This document shows positions 31,498 to 41,897 of a DNA stretch of 64,000 nt, piece after piece. The first letter of the stretch is position 1; every line of letters begins with the position of its first letter. The notes below the pieces were generated by a model. It made no database searches and was not told the DNA's origin. It saw nothing but the letters and a program-made list of their open reading frames with translations. Source of the DNA: an uncultured Chloroflexia bacterium (GTDB lineage Bacteria; Chloroflexota; Limnocylindria; Limnocylindrales; CSP1-4). The position numbers and the translations under genes are program-made. The stretch lies in the NCBI GenBank assembly GCA_963828165.1, contig CAWHDR010000001.1:704001-768000 (forward strand). The letters are read 5' to 3'.

Positions 31498-31896
31498 ATG
31501 CTGTCCGAGTTCAAGGGATTCCTGCTCAAGACGAACGCGCTGGCCCTGGCCATCGGCGTGATCATCGGTGCCGCGCTCGGTACCGTGGTGACATCGTTGG
31601 TCGAGGACATCATCATGCCCCCGATCGGTCTCGCCCTCGGCGGCGTCGATTTCGCGGACCTGAAGCTGGTCCTGAAGGACGCCGCGGGCGGCGATCCGGC
31701 GACCGAGGTGGCGATCCGCTGGGGCGAATTCCTCAATGCCGTCATCACGTTCGTCGTGATCGCCTTCGTCGTCTGGCAGATCAGCAAGATGTTCATCAAG
31801 GAAGATCCCGAGGCCGAGGTCAAGACCTGCCCGTACTGCAAGGAACCGAACGCGATCGACGCCACGAAGTGCAAGGCGTGCGCCAGCGCGATCTGA
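31498..31896 (+). CDS. mscL: Large-conductance mechanosensitive channel with C-terminal Zn-ribbon
   Basis: EFKGF...LAIGVIIGAA, SLVEDIIMP, G.FLNAVITF; CPYC...CKAC tail; GGAGG RBS. Confidence 0.9.
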   Translation: MLSEFKGFLLKTNALALAIGVIIGAALGTVVTSLVEDIIMPPIGLALGGVDFADLKLVLKDAAGGDPATEVAIRWGEFLNAVITFVVIAFVVWQISKMFIKEDPEAEVKTCPYCKEPNAIDATKCKACASAI

Positions 31897-31916
31897 TGGC
31901 GCCCTAGGCGTCAGGA

Positions 31917-32750
31917 TCAGGCGTCCGGGCTCGGATAACTGCCCAGGACGCGCGTCATCGTCGTCACGTCGCGGACCTTCTCGAGCGCCGCGGCCATCGC
32001 AGGCTCGGTCGCGTCGCCGTCCAGGTCGATCCAGAACACGTACTCCCAGGCCCGTTCGCGGCTCGGGCGCGACTCGAGCTTGCGCATGTTCAGGCCATGC
32101 TCGGCCAGGACCTTGAGCACCGCAAGCAGCGTGCCGGGCTCGTTGCGGACCGCGACGACGATCGTGGTCCGCCGCAGCGCTGGCACGGCGACGAGCAGCG
32201 GCACGGCCGCGCCGGGGCGTGCCAGCACGAGAAACCGCGTTCGGTTGTCGGGCAGGTCACCGATCTCGTCGGCGAGGATCTCCAGCCCGAACAACGCCGC
32301 GGCCCTCGGCGACAGGACGGCGGCGGCCCCGAGCTCCCCGGCCTCGATGATGGCCTTGCCGGCTCCGGCCGTGTTGTAGGTCGAGAGGAGCTGCCACGGC
32401 CGCGCTCGCAGGAACCCCTCGGCCTGGCCGAGGGCCTGGATGTGCGAGTAAACGCGTTCGATGTCCTCGAGGCGCTGGCCCGGCAACGTGGCGAGGCACA
32501 GTCGCACGGGAACGACGACCTCGCCGCCGATCGTGAGGTCGTGCTCGATCAGGAGGTCGTAGTTCTCGCGGACGGTGCCGTGGATGACGTTTTCGATCGG
32601 GACGACGCCGGCAGCGGCCCCGCCTGAGGCGACGGCCTCGAAGACGGCCCGGAAGCTCGCGACGGACCGGCGCTCGACGTCGCCGAACGCCACCAGGACG
32701 GCGTCTTCCGCGAATGCACCCGGTTCGCCCGCGTAGGCGACGACGGTCAT
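31917..32750 (-). CDS. pheA: Prephenate dehydratase
   Basis: GEPGAFAE, PIEN, SHIQALGQ, NRTRF, LESRP. Confidence 0.92.
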   Translation of the reverse strand: MTVVAYAGEPGAFAEDAVLVAFGDVERRSVASFRAVFEAVASGGAAAGVVPIENVIHGTVRENYDLLIEHDLTIGGEVVVPVRLCLATLPGQRLEDIERVYSHIQALGQAEGFLRARPWQLLSTYNTAGAGKAIIEAGELGAAAVLSPRAAALFGLEILADEIGDLPDNRTRFLVLARPGAAVPLLVAVPALRRTTIVVAVRNEPGTLLAVLKVLAEHGLNMRKLESRPSRERAWEYVFWIDLDGDATEPAMAAALEKVRDVTTMTRVLGSYPSPDA

Positions 32751-32934
32751 CGATCCATTCCGCGCGGCGACCCGCGCTGGGGATCCGGGGGATCGAACAT
32801 GGTCCCTCGCGTGCGGAACGGAGCGGTCTTTGCCCGTCGGCCCTCCCGGAAGTTTACGCACGAGTGCCTCGATGGTACCAACCGGTCGGGACCATGGAGG
32901 TATGGGCCTTTCCTCCTATCGGGCGCAACGTACG

Positions 32935-33000
32935 GCTCAATTCGTAATGCATCTGTAATGCGTGCGATTTCATCCATGAATTCATTGAGGTACGCACTCC
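32935..33000 (+). promoter_or_regulatory. AT-rich promoter/operator region upstream of the tasA-like operon
   Basis: Local AT-rich patch with direct repeat gtaatgc x2, palindrome atgaattcat and GAGG RBS. Confidence 0.45.
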
Positions 33001-33001
33001 G

Positions 33002-33613
33002 ATGGACAAGGAAGTAACAGGTCACCGAACACGCCGACGTCGGCTGTCCGGGCTCCTGATCGGCGCGCTCGCCGTCGTGAGCCTGGGAGCCGGCCAGCTT
33101 TCGCTCGCGCTCTTCACCGACCAGGAAACGGTGCCCGGGACGTTCTCGTCCGGGAGCGTCATCCTCGACGATGTCAAGATCAACGCCCTGACATTGGCGA
33201 CCGCCGGTCTGGTCCCGGGCGACACCGTGACCGACGACGTCGTAGTCGAGAACGACGGCAGCGTCGAGCTGCGGTATGCCCTCTCGACGACGAGCACGAA
33301 CCCAGATACGAAGGCACTGCGCGACGTTCTGACGTTGACCGTCAAGGAGATCGACGCGACGACGCCGGGCACGCCGTGCGACGATTTCGACGGTGCCTCC
33401 GTCCTCGCCGCTACGGTGCTCGGCGCCAGCGGCGCCGGCTTCGGCAGCCCTGCCGTCGGCCCGCAGGCGGGCGACCGGACACTCGCCGCGGCGGCCAACG
33501 AGACCCTGTGCTTCCGGGTCACCCTCCCATCCGGGACCGGCAACGCCTACCAGGCCGCCACGACCACGACGACGTTCACGTTTGACGCCGAGCAGACCGC
33601 GAACAACCCGTAA
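33002..33613 (+). CDS. TasA/CalY-like protein with SipW-type signal peptide
   Basis: Signal ending SLA-LFTD..TV.GTFSSG, then L.PGDT, V.NDGS, GN.YQ, FDAEQ C-terminus. Confidence 0.82.
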   Translation: MDKEVTGHRTRRRRLSGLLIGALAVVSLGAGQLSLALFTDQETVPGTFSSGSVILDDVKINALTLATAGLVPGDTVTDDVVVENDGSVELRYALSTTSTNPDTKALRDVLTLTVKEIDATTPGTPCDDFDGASVLAATVLGASGAGFGSPAVGPQAGDRTLAAAANETLCFRVTLPSGTGNAYQAATTTTTFTFDAEQTANNP

Positions 33614-33615
33614 CG

Positions 33616-34239
33616 ATGGCTTCGCACGCCGGCTCGGCCAGGGTGGCCGCGCCGGTGACGCACCAGCACAAGGGGCGATCGGTGGCCACTACGGGCGCGA
33701 TCACGATCTTGCGACGCACCCTGAGCGTGCTGTGGATCACGTCGCTCGCGGCGGTGGTCCTGCTGGCCCTGGCGGCCAACCTCGGGCCCAGGTTCGGGCT
33801 CGAGGTCTTCGCCGTACGCGGCGGGTCGATGGCCCCGGCCATCCCGGTCGGCGCCGCCGTCATCGCCGTGCGGACCGAACCCGCGGCGATCCGAGTCGGC
33901 GATGTCGCCACGATCCGGGCCGACAACGGGGTCGTGTTCACGCATCGCGTCATCGAGATCGACGCGAGCGAAGCGGACCACTGGCTGCGCACCAAGGGCG
34001 ACGCCAACACGACCGCCGACGCCGCCACGGTGCCGCCGACGTCGGTGATCGGCGTGGTCGCGGTAACGATCCCCCTCGCCGGCTATCTCATTGCCATGAT
34101 GGCGACATCGGCCGGCATCGTGAGCTACATCGCCTATGCGCTGGCACTGCTGCTCGGGATCTCGGTACTGGAAGAGATGCAGCGCACGAGCGTCCACCAG
34201 CGCCGACTGGCCGGCATGCCGGATGTCTCCCGCGCGTAG
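33616..34239 (+). CDS. sipW: SipW-type signal peptidase I (S26B)
   Basis: GGSM.P, FTHRV, TKGDAN, IPLAGY. Confidence 0.85.
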   Translation: MASHAGSARVAAPVTHQHKGRSVATTGAITILRRTLSVLWITSLAAVVLLALAANLGPRFGLEVFAVRGGSMAPAIPVGAAVIAVRTEPAAIRVGDVATIRADNGVVFTHRVIEIDASEADHWLRTKGDANTTADAATVPPTSVIGVVAVTIPLAGYLIAMMATSAGIVSYIAYALALLLGISVLEEMQRTSVHQRRLAGMPDVSRA

Positions 34240-35200
34240 GATCGCCACCACGACCCTGGTCACCGTTCTCGCGGGCTACCTGCTCGGCGGGGGCGGTCAA
34301 CTCGCGCTCGCCTTCCTGGGGGACACCGAGATCGACCCGGCGACGTTCTCGACCGGCTGCTTCACCGTCGACACCACTCCGCCGTCGGTGAGCACCACGG
34401 TGATCTCCAAGACGCCCCAGTACCTCCCGGGCTTCATCCGCCAGGGCGGTACGTACTTCATCTACGCCAATGTCACCGACGCTGGTTGCGGGATCTCGAC
34501 GGTGAGAGCCAACGTCGGGACCATCACGACCGGGCTGACCGCAGTCTCTCTGGTGTTGGGAACGTACACCGTCGGGGGAGTCAGCTACAACTATCGAAGC
34601 AGTTCACGCACCGCGAACGCGACACTTGCAGAGGGCCCCCAGGCCTACTCGATCACGTCCACCGACAGCGCGGCGAACAGCCAGACCCAGTCAGGCTACG
34701 GCGTCATCGTCGACAACACCCGGCCGACCGCCACGGACGTCGAGACCGCCAACGGTGGCCTGAACCCCGGCACTCCCGAGCTGGGCGACACGCTGACGCT
34801 GACGTTCGCGGAGGTCATCGACCCGCAGAGCGTACTGGCCGGCTGGACCGGCGCCGCCACGAATGTGGTCGTCCGCATCACGAACAACGCGACCGGCGAC
34901 CGCGTCACCATCCGCAATGCGGCCAACACGGCTCAGCTCCCGCTGGGGACGGTCAACCTCATCGGCCAGAGCTACGTCACCGCTACCCGCGACTTCGGGG
35001 CGACGGGGACCGCGTCGACCATGGTCCAGACCGGGGCAACGATCACGATCACGATGGGCACGCCGTCGGGGGCGACAGGCACCGAGCTCACGCCGGGGAC
35101 CATGGCATGGACCCCGGTCACGACCGCCACGGATCGCGCCGGCAATACGTGCCAGACCACCGTCGCGACCGAAACGGGGCCCCTCGACCTCGAGTTCTGA
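34223..35200 (+). CDS. Second SipW-type substrate: Thr-rich secreted beta-sandwich protein
   Basis: Signal ending ALA-FLGD....ATFSTG mirrors the TasA-like signal; DTTPP, DNTRP, TDRAGN Ig-like motifs. Confidence 0.72.
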   Translation: MSPARRIATTTLVTVLAGYLLGGGGQLALAFLGDTEIDPATFSTGCFTVDTTPPSVSTTVISKTPQYLPGFIRQGGTYFIYANVTDAGCGISTVRANVGTITTGLTAVSLVLGTYTVGGVSYNYRSSSRTANATLAEGPQAYSITSTDSAANSQTQSGYGVIVDNTRPTATDVETANGGLNPGTPELGDTLTLTFAEVIDPQSVLAGWTGAATNVVVRITNNATGDRVTIRNAANTAQLPLGTVNLIGQSYVTATRDFGATGTASTMVQTGATITITMGTPSGATGTELTPGTMAWTPVTTATDRAGNTCQTTVATETGPLDLEF

Positions 35201-35206
35201 CCGCCC

Positions 35207-35764
35207 TCAGCCCTGGCGGTTGAACCAGTCGGTCGTGTCGATCTCGCCGGACTCCTCGTCGAGCTCCGCACGTCGCTCGCGGGCCGCGCCGGCCGTCACG
35301 GGCGCCTTGGCGCGGGCGCGCTTGCCGGTGGCGGCGGCCGCTTCCGGCGCGCCTTCCCAGTGTGCCTCGCCCAGCATCGCGTTGAGCGCGACGATGTACG
35401 CCTCGATCGAGGCGGCGATGATGTTCGTCCCCCGCGCCTCGCCGCCGTATTCGCCCGTGCCGCGTTCGCCGGCAGCGTCCGGTGGGGCGATGCGGACCGT
35501 CACGGCGCCGATCGTGTCGGTCCCCTCCCCCAGCGCATGGATGTCGTAGGCGAGGAGACGCGGGTGGCCGTCGAGGATCTCCGAAAGCGCCTGGTCCACC
35601 GCGCGGAAGAGCGCGTCGATCGCGCCGTTGCCCTCGGCAGAGGCGCGCCAGTGATGGTCGCCGGCGTCGATGATGACCGCGCCCCGGCTGCGCGCGTTGG
35701 AGCCGGATTGGACGGTCCAGCGGGCCAGGTGCAGGGTGGGCGTTTCGGTCGATGGCTCCGGCAT
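35207..35764 (-). CDS. Stand-alone LeuA/CimA allosteric (regulatory) domain protein
   Basis: AEGNGAIDAL, YDIHAL, TNIIAASIEAY; no catalytic TIM barrel; GGAGG RBS. Confidence 0.8.
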   Translation of the reverse strand: MPEPSTETPTLHLARWTVQSGSNARSRGAVIIDAGDHHWRASAEGNGAIDALFRAVDQALSEILDGHPRLLAYDIHALGEGTDTIGAVTVRIAPPDAAGERGTGEYGGEARGTNIIAASIEAYIVALNAMLGEAHWEGAPEAAAATGKRARAKAPVTAGAARERRAELDEESGEIDTTDWFNRQG

Positions 35765-35768
35765 CCGA

Positions 35769-37454
35769 CTACCTCCGGGTCGCTGTGGCGGGATCGTCCG
35801 CGGGGACCTCGCTGGCGGGTCCTGTCGTGAAGTGTCGCTCATCGCGCCGGCGCAACTCCGCGCCGGACTTCCAGATCGCGTACTCGAGCGAGTCGGCGAG
35901 GGCCGACGCCGAGGCCGCGATGATGTTCGTGTCGCTGCCCATCGTCGACCATGTTCGAGCGCCGTCCTGCGAATCGATGATCACGCGGGTGCGCGCGGCC
36001 GTGGCGGCATCGCCGTCCAGGATGCGCACCTTGTAGTCCACGAGGTGGACGTCGTCGATCGCCGGATAGAACGCGCGGAGCGCCTTGCGCAGCGCGGCGT
36101 CCAGGGCGTTGACCGGGCCGTTGCCGTCGGCGGCCGTATGCAGCACCTCGCCGTCGACCGCCACCTTCACCGTCGCCTCCGCGAGCAGCTCGCGACCGTC
36201 CCGCTGCTCGACGAGACAGGTGTAGTCGACGATCCGGAAGGGTGCCGCATAGTCCGCCGCGTGCCGCCGGATGAGGAGCTCGAACGAGGCTTCGGCGCCC
36301 TCGAATGCCAGGCCGTCGGCCTCGAGCTGCTTGATGAGCCGGGACAGCTCGCGCGGGTCGATCCCCTCGAGGTCGTGGCCCAGCTGGCGCGCCCGGATGG
36401 AGGTGTTCGCCCGCCCGCCGAGCTCCGAGACGACGAGCCGGCCGATGTTCCCGACGGCGGTCGGCTCGACGTGCTGGTAGGAGCGCTCGACCTTCGCGAC
36501 GGCCGCCCCGTGGACCCCGCCCTTGTGCGCGAACGCCGACCGCCCGACATAGGGCTGGTAGTCGTTGGGCGTGAGGTTCGCGATCTCGGCGACGCTGCGC
36601 GACAGCTCGGTCAGGCCCTCGAGGCGGCCGCCGCCCGCGGGCACGAGCGCGTGGGGCGTCTTGAGCGCGAGGTTCGCGAGGATCGAGACCATGTTGGCGT
36701 TGCCAGCGCGCTCGCCGTAGCCGTTGATCGTCGCCTGGACGTGCCGGATGCCGGCGGCGACCGCCGCCATGGAGTTCGCCACCGCGAGCTCGGCGTCGTT
36801 GTGGGTATGGATGCCCCAGGTCACGTCCGGCGCGCCCGTGTCGCCGTCGAGGGACGTCCGGACGTCGACGACGATCCGGCTGAGTTCGTCGGTGAGCGTG
36901 CCGCCGTTCGTGTCGCACAGGACGAGCGTGCGGGCGCCGGCCCCCCGCGCGGCTCGCAGCGTGGACAGCGCGTACTCGGCGTCGTCCTTGTAGCCGTCGA
37001 AGAAGTGCTCTGCGTCGTAGATGGCTTCGCGGCCACGGTCGACGATGAACCTGATCGAGTCCGCCACCATGTCGAGGTTCTCCTGCGGCGTCGCGCCGAG
37101 GACCTCCGTCACGTGGAGGAGCCACGACTTCCCGAAGATCGTCACGACCGGGGTCTCGGCCGCGACGAGCTCGCGCAGGTTCGGATCATCGTTCGCCGCG
37201 TTCGAACGATGGCGCGTCGACCCGAATGCCGCGAGCTTGGCGGTCTCCCAGCGCACGGTGCGGGCGGCGGCGAAGAACTCGATGTCCTTGGGGTTGGAGC
37301 CTGGCCAGCCGCCCTCGATGTAGGGCATCCCGAACTCGTCGAGCATGCGCGCGACCCGAAGCTTGTCGGCCAGCGAGAGCGTCACGTTCTCGCCCTGGGT
37401 CCCGTCGCGCAGGGTCGTGTCGTACAGGATGACCGGGGCATCGCTCGGGATCAT
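35769..37454 (-). CDS. cimA: Citramalate synthase
   Basis: [45 protein letters not shown]. Confidence 0.92.
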   Translation of the reverse strand: MIPSDAPVILYDTTLRDGTQGENVTLSLADKLRVARMLDEFGMPYIEGGWPGSNPKDIEFFAAARTVRWETAKLAAFGSTRHRSNAANDDPNLRELVAAETPVVTIFGKSWLLHVTEVLGATPQENLDMVADSIRFIVDRGREAIYDAEHFFDGYKDDAEYALSTLRAARGAGARTLVLCDTNGGTLTDELSRIVVDVRTSLDGDTGAPDVTWGIHTHNDAELAVANSMAAVAAGIRHVQATINGYGERAGNANMVSILANLALKTPHALVPAGGGRLEGLTELSRSVAEIANLTPNDYQPYVGRSAFAHKGGVHGAAVAKVERSYQHVEPTAVGNIGRLVVSELGGRANTSIRARQLGHDLEGIDPRELSRLIKQLEADGLAFEGAEASFELLIRRHAADYAAPFRIVDYTCLVEQRDGRELLAEATVKVAVDGEVLHTAADGNGPVNALDAALRKALRAFYPAIDDVHLVDYKVRILDGDAATAARTRVIIDSQDGARTWSTMGSDTNIIAASASALADSLEYAIWKSGAELRRRDERHFTTGPASEVPADDPATATRR

Positions 37455-38587
37455 GCCGGCACCCCCGCCTCGAGGGCGTCGATCACGGCCGTCGCCATGC
37501 CGGTCGTTCCGACGACCACCAGGCCGTCGTCGGGGTTGGCCGGGTCGGCGAGGTCGGCAGTCCGCCATCCGGCGTCCAGCGCCTGACTGACCGCGTCCTC
37601 GATGGCTCCCGAGACGTCCTTCCGGTCGAAGGACGAGAACATCATCATCGCCGCTGACAGGATCGTGCCGATCGGGTTCGCAAGGTCCTGGCCGGCGATA
37701 TCGGGGGCCGAACCGTGGATCGGCTCGTAGAGCCCGAACGTGCCATGGGCGGTCTGCCGGTCCGAGAGCGACGCCGACGGCAACATGCCGAGGCTCCCGG
37801 CAAGCACCGCCGCCTCATCCGAGAGGATGTCGCCGAACAGGTTCTCGGTCACGATGACGTCGAAGTCGGCCGGCCGGCGGATGAGCAGCATCGCGCACGA
37901 ATCGACGAGCTGGTGGCTCACCTCGAGGTCCGGCACGCGCCGGTGCTCCTCGTCCACGACCCGCCGCCAGAGACGCGACGTCGCGAGGACGTTGGCCTTG
38001 TCGACGCTGGTCAGGCGCCGACGCCGCCCGAGCGCGTACCCCGCGGCCACGAGGAAGATCCGCCGGATCTCGTCCTCGCCGTACGGCATGGTGTCCACGG
38101 CGAATCGGTCGCCTGGTTCCTCCCCGGCTTCCTGCCGCTCCCCGAAATACACGCCACCGGTGAGCTCACGGACGATGAGCAGGTCGACGCCTTCGAGTAA
38201 CTCCGGGCGGAGTGGCGAGGAACCCTTGAGCGCCGGATGGACTTTCACGGGGCGAAGGTTCGCGAAGAGCCCAAGACCGCCGCGCAGCGCAAAGAGCGCT
38301 TGCTCCGGGCGGACGGATGCGGCCGGATCGGACCACTTCGGTCCGCCGACGGCGCCCAGAAGGACCGCGTCGGCGTCGCGGCAGGTCTCGATGTCCTCGG
38401 GCCGGATCGCGACGCCGTACGTGTCGATCGCGATCCCGCCGGCCACGATCTCCGTCCAGTCCACGGCGAACCCGAATCGGTTTCCAGCGGCATCGACGAC
38501 GCGCCGCGCGGCGTCGACGACCTCGGGCCCGACCCCGTCGCCCGGGATCGTGACGATGTGGTAGGTGGGAAGACCGTCCTCCGTCAT
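37451..38587 (-). CDS. leuB: 3-isopropylmalate dehydrogenase
   Basis: [45 protein letters not shown]. Confidence 0.95.
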   Translation of the reverse strand: MTEDGLPTYHIVTIPGDGVGPEVVDAARRVVDAAGNRFGFAVDWTEIVAGGIAIDTYGVAIRPEDIETCRDADAVLLGAVGGPKWSDPAASVRPEQALFALRGGLGLFANLRPVKVHPALKGSSPLRPELLEGVDLLIVRELTGGVYFGERQEAGEEPGDRFAVDTMPYGEDEIRRIFLVAAGYALGRRRRLTSVDKANVLATSRLWRRVVDEEHRRVPDLEVSHQLVDSCAMLLIRRPADFDVIVTENLFGDILSDEAAVLAGSLGMLPSASLSDRQTAHGTFGLYEPIHGSAPDIAGQDLANPIGTILSAAMMMFSSFDRKDVSGAIEDAVSQALDAGWRTADLADPANPDDGLVVVGTTGMATAVIDALEAGVPA

Positions 38588-40224
38588 GGGAGGCCCTCGC
38601 CAGCGCGGAGGTTCGCGAAGGCCACGTCGACCCCGTTGATCTCGGCCCCATGGAGCTTGTTGGTCGCCACGAGATACGCGTCCAGCGACGCTTCGATGAT
38701 GTTCGTGGATAACCCGTGACCGGAGACCACCAGCGCACCGGGGCCCTCGTCGGACGAGCGGCGGCACCGCGCCAGGACCTGGCCCTGCGCATCCTCCCCG
38801 GCGGAGACGGCCTTGATCTCGTACTCGGTCAGGGTCGGGTGCCAGCCGAGCAGCGGCTGGAGCGTGTCGTCGACGGCCTTGAAGAGCGCGTTGACCGGGC
38901 CGTTGCCCGTCGACTCGGAACTTCGTTCGTCGCCGTTGACGCTGAGCGTCACGGTCCCGACCGCAGTGCCGCCGTGCGATGAGGTCACGCTCCAGCCCAC
39001 GAGCGCGATGCTCGCCTCGACCTCCGAGGTGCGCTGCTCCACGAGCGCGAGCAGGTCGGCGTCGGTGACGTCCTTCTTGGCGTCGGCGAGCTCGATGGCC
39101 TGGCGGTAGATGCTGTCGAGCGCGTCGCCCTCGAGCTCGTGGCCGAGCTCGCGCAGCTTGCCCTGCAGGCCCCGTCGACCGGACAGCTTGCCGATCGTCA
39201 GCTGGCTGCCGGACAGGCCGATCGATTGCGGCGTCATGATCTCGTACGTGAGCGGGTTCTTGATGACGCCGTCCTGGTGGATGCCGGATTCGTGGGCGAA
39301 GGCGTTGCCACCGACGATCGCCTTGTTGGGCTGGACCGCGAAACCGGTCAGGTAGGACACGAGTCGGGACGCGGCCGTGATGTGCTCGGTCTGGACACCG
39401 GAGCCGAGGTCCGGGAACTGCGTCGGCCTCGTTCGGAGGGCCATGACGACCTCCTCCAGCGACGCGTTGCCCGCGCGCTCGCCGAGGCCGTTGATCGTGA
39501 CCTCGACCTGGCGGGCGCCGGCCTGGACCGCGGCCAGCGTGTTGGCCGTCGCCAGGCCCAGGTCGTTGTGGCAGTGCACGCTGACCGTGGCCTGATCGCC
39601 CACCAGATCGACCACGCGGCCGACCAGCTTCCCGAATTCGGCCGGGATCGCGTATCCGACGGTGTCGGGGATGTTGACGGTCGACGCACCGGCCTCGACG
39701 ACCGCCTCGTACACCTGGAGCAGGTAGTCGATGTCGGTCCGTGACGCGTCCTCGGCGCTGAACTCGATCTCGGCGTCACGGCCGAGCTGTTCGCGGCCGT
39801 GACGGACCCAGCGGACCGCCTCGGCGAGCGCCGTGTCGCGATCGACGCGCAGCTTGTGCTTGAGGTGGATGTCGCTCGTGGCGATGAAGACGTGGAGGTG
39901 CGGGCGGTGCGCGACCTTGATCGCCTCGATCGCCCGTTGCGGGTCGCCGTCGCGGCAGCGGGCGAGCGCCGCCACCGCGATGTCCTGCGGGGTCTCCTGC
40001 GCGATCCGCCGCACGGCCTCGAAGTCGCCCGGCGAGGCGGCCGGGAATCCCGCCTCGATGACGTCGACCTTGAGGCGCGCCAGCTGGCGGGCCACCTCCA
40101 GCTTCTCCGCGGCGGTCAGGCCCGCGCCCGGTGCCTGCTCGCCGTCGCGCAGCGTCGTGTCGAAGATGCGGACCGTGCCCGGAGCGACGAACGGGCCGTC
40201 GGGCCGCGGTACCGGCGCGCTCAC
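38584..40224 (-). CDS. leuA: 2-isopropylmalate synthase
   Basis: [41 protein letters not shown] regulatory domain. Confidence 0.95.
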   Translation of the reverse strand: MSAPVPRPDGPFVAPGTVRIFDTTLRDGEQAPGAGLTAAEKLEVARQLARLKVDVIEAGFPAASPGDFEAVRRIAQETPQDIAVAALARCRDGDPQRAIEAIKVAHRPHLHVFIATSDIHLKHKLRVDRDTALAEAVRWVRHGREQLGRDAEIEFSAEDASRTDIDYLLQVYEAVVEAGASTVNIPDTVGYAIPAEFGKLVGRVVDLVGDQATVSVHCHNDLGLATANTLAAVQAGARQVEVTINGLGERAGNASLEEVVMALRTRPTQFPDLGSGVQTEHITAASRLVSYLTGFAVQPNKAIVGGNAFAHESGIHQDGVIKNPLTYEIMTPQSIGLSGSQLTIGKLSGRRGLQGKLRELGHELEGDALDSIYRQAIELADAKKDVTDADLLALVEQRTSEVEASIALVGWSVTSSHGGTAVGTVTLSVNGDERSSESTGNGPVNALFKAVDDTLQPLLGWHPTLTEYEIKAVSAGEDAQGQVLARCRRSSDEGPGALVVSGHGLSTNIIEASLDAYLVATNKLHGAEINGVDVAFANLRAGEGLP

Positions 40225-41274
40225 CGCGCCGCCCCGGGGGTCGTCGCCGCGGCCTGGGCCTGTCCGGCCTGCACCTCGACCGGGTTCAGGAACGGCATCT
40301 GGGCACGCAGGCGGCCGCCGACGCGCTCGATCAGGTGATCGTGGTCGGCCTGGCGCAGACGCTCGAACTCGTGCCGGCCGCTCTCGTTCTCCTCGATCCA
40401 GCGGTTCGCGAACGAGCCGTCCTGGATGTCCTTGAGCACGGCCTGCATCCGCTCGCGAACGCTCTCGTCGATGAGCCGCGGACCGGACACGTAGTCGCCG
40501 TACTCCGCGGTGTCGCTGACGCTGAAGCGCATGAAGTTGAGACCGCCGCGGTACATCAGGTCGACGATGAGCTTGAGCTCGTGCATCGTCTCGAAGTACG
40601 CGAGCTCCGGCTGGTAACCCGCCTCGACGAGCGTCTCGAACGCCATCTTCACCAGAGCCGACGTCCCGCCGCACAACACCGACTGCTCCCCGAAGAGGTC
40701 GGTCTCGGTCTCCTCGGCGAAGGTGGTCTCCAGCACGCCCGCGCGCGTCGAGCCGATCGCCCGGGCATAGGCCAGCACGCGGTCGCGCGCGGTGCCCGAC
40801 TGGTCGCGCTCGACGGCGAAGAGGGCCGGCACGCCACCGCCGGCCTGGTACACGGATCGCAGCAGGTGACCGGGTCCCTTTGGGGCGACCATCCCCACGT
40901 CGACGATGCCGGGCGGGTCGATCCGCCCGAATCGCAGGTTGAAGCCGTGGGCGAACATCAGGAGATGGCCGGCGCGAAGATGCGGGCCGATCTCGGCGTC
41001 ATAGACCGCCTTCTGCGACGGTGTCGGGCACGAGGATCATCACGACGTCCGCATCGCGCACGGCATCCGCGACGTCGCTGACCCGCAGACCGGCGTCCGA
41101 CGCGAGCGCCCGGCTCTTCGACCCCGGCGCCAGCCCGACGATGACGTCGACCCCGCTCTCGTGCAGATTCAGCGCATGGGCATGGCCCTGGCTGCCGTAC
41201 CCGATGATCGCGACCGTCTGTCCGGCGAGCGCCGAGGGGTCCGCGTCGTTGTCGTAGTACATCTTCGCCGTCAT
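40221..41274 (-). CDS. ilvC: Ketol-acid reductoisomerase; frameshift near 41017
   Basis: [14 protein letters not shown] in ORF 40999..41274; [28 protein letters not shown] in ORF 40221..40958. Confidence 0.92.
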
Positions 41275-41897
41275 CGCTTGATCGCCTCCTCGATGGACCC
41301 CGAACCCCTCGCCATCACGACGGCGCCGGTCCGGACCAACTCCTTGATGCCGTACGTCCGCACGAGCGACACGAACGTGTCGATCTCGGACTCGGTGCCG
41401 GTCACTTCCACGATGACCGAGCCATCGGCCAGGTCGACGACCCGGCCGCGCGAGAGCTCGACGAGCCGGAGCACCTCGTCGCGATTCGATTCGGTCGCCC
41501 GGATCTTCACGAATGCGAGCTCATGCTCCACGGTGGGGTCCGAGGTGACGTCCTGGACCTTGAGCACGTCGATCAGCCGGTAAAGCTGCTTGGCGGCCTG
41601 CTCGACCGCGACGTCGTCCCCGTGCAGGGTGATCGTCATGCGGCTCGTGTCCTCGCGGTCGGTCTTGCTGACGGCGAGGGAGTCGATGTTGAAGTTGCGA
41701 GCGCGCATGAGGCTCGACACGCGGTTGAGGACGCCCGGCCGGTTCATGACGATCGCCACGAGGACATGCCGACGCGTCTCGCCGCCACCTGGCAGCGAGC
41801 GCGGCGGCGGCGCTACGTGCGCCGGGGCGGGATGCGGCGCTTCGGCCGGGGTCGGCGTGGGACCGGGGCCCGTTCCGTTCGAGGTCGTGTCGGTCAT
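41271..41897 (-). CDS. ilvN: Acetolactate synthase small subunit
   Basis: [30 protein letters not shown]. Confidence 0.93.
   Translation of the reverse strand: MTDTTSNGTGPGPTPTPAEAPHPAPAHVAPPPRSLPGGGETRRHVLVAIVMNRPGVLNRVSSLMRARNFNIDSLAVSKTDREDTSRMTITLHGDDVAVEQAAKQLYRLIDVLKVQDVTSDPTVEHELAFVKIRATESNRDEVLRLVELSRGRVVDLADGSVIVEVTGTESEIDTFVSLVRTYGIKELVRTGAVVMARGSGSIEEAIKR

Noticed and set aside
31820-31896. Zn-ribbon tail on MscL as a novelty
   Set aside because: CxxC...CxxC tails are common on MscL homologues in several phyla.
41010-41025. Programmed frameshift in ilvC
   Set aside because: No slippery heptamer, and four similar breaks elsewhere point to assembly error.
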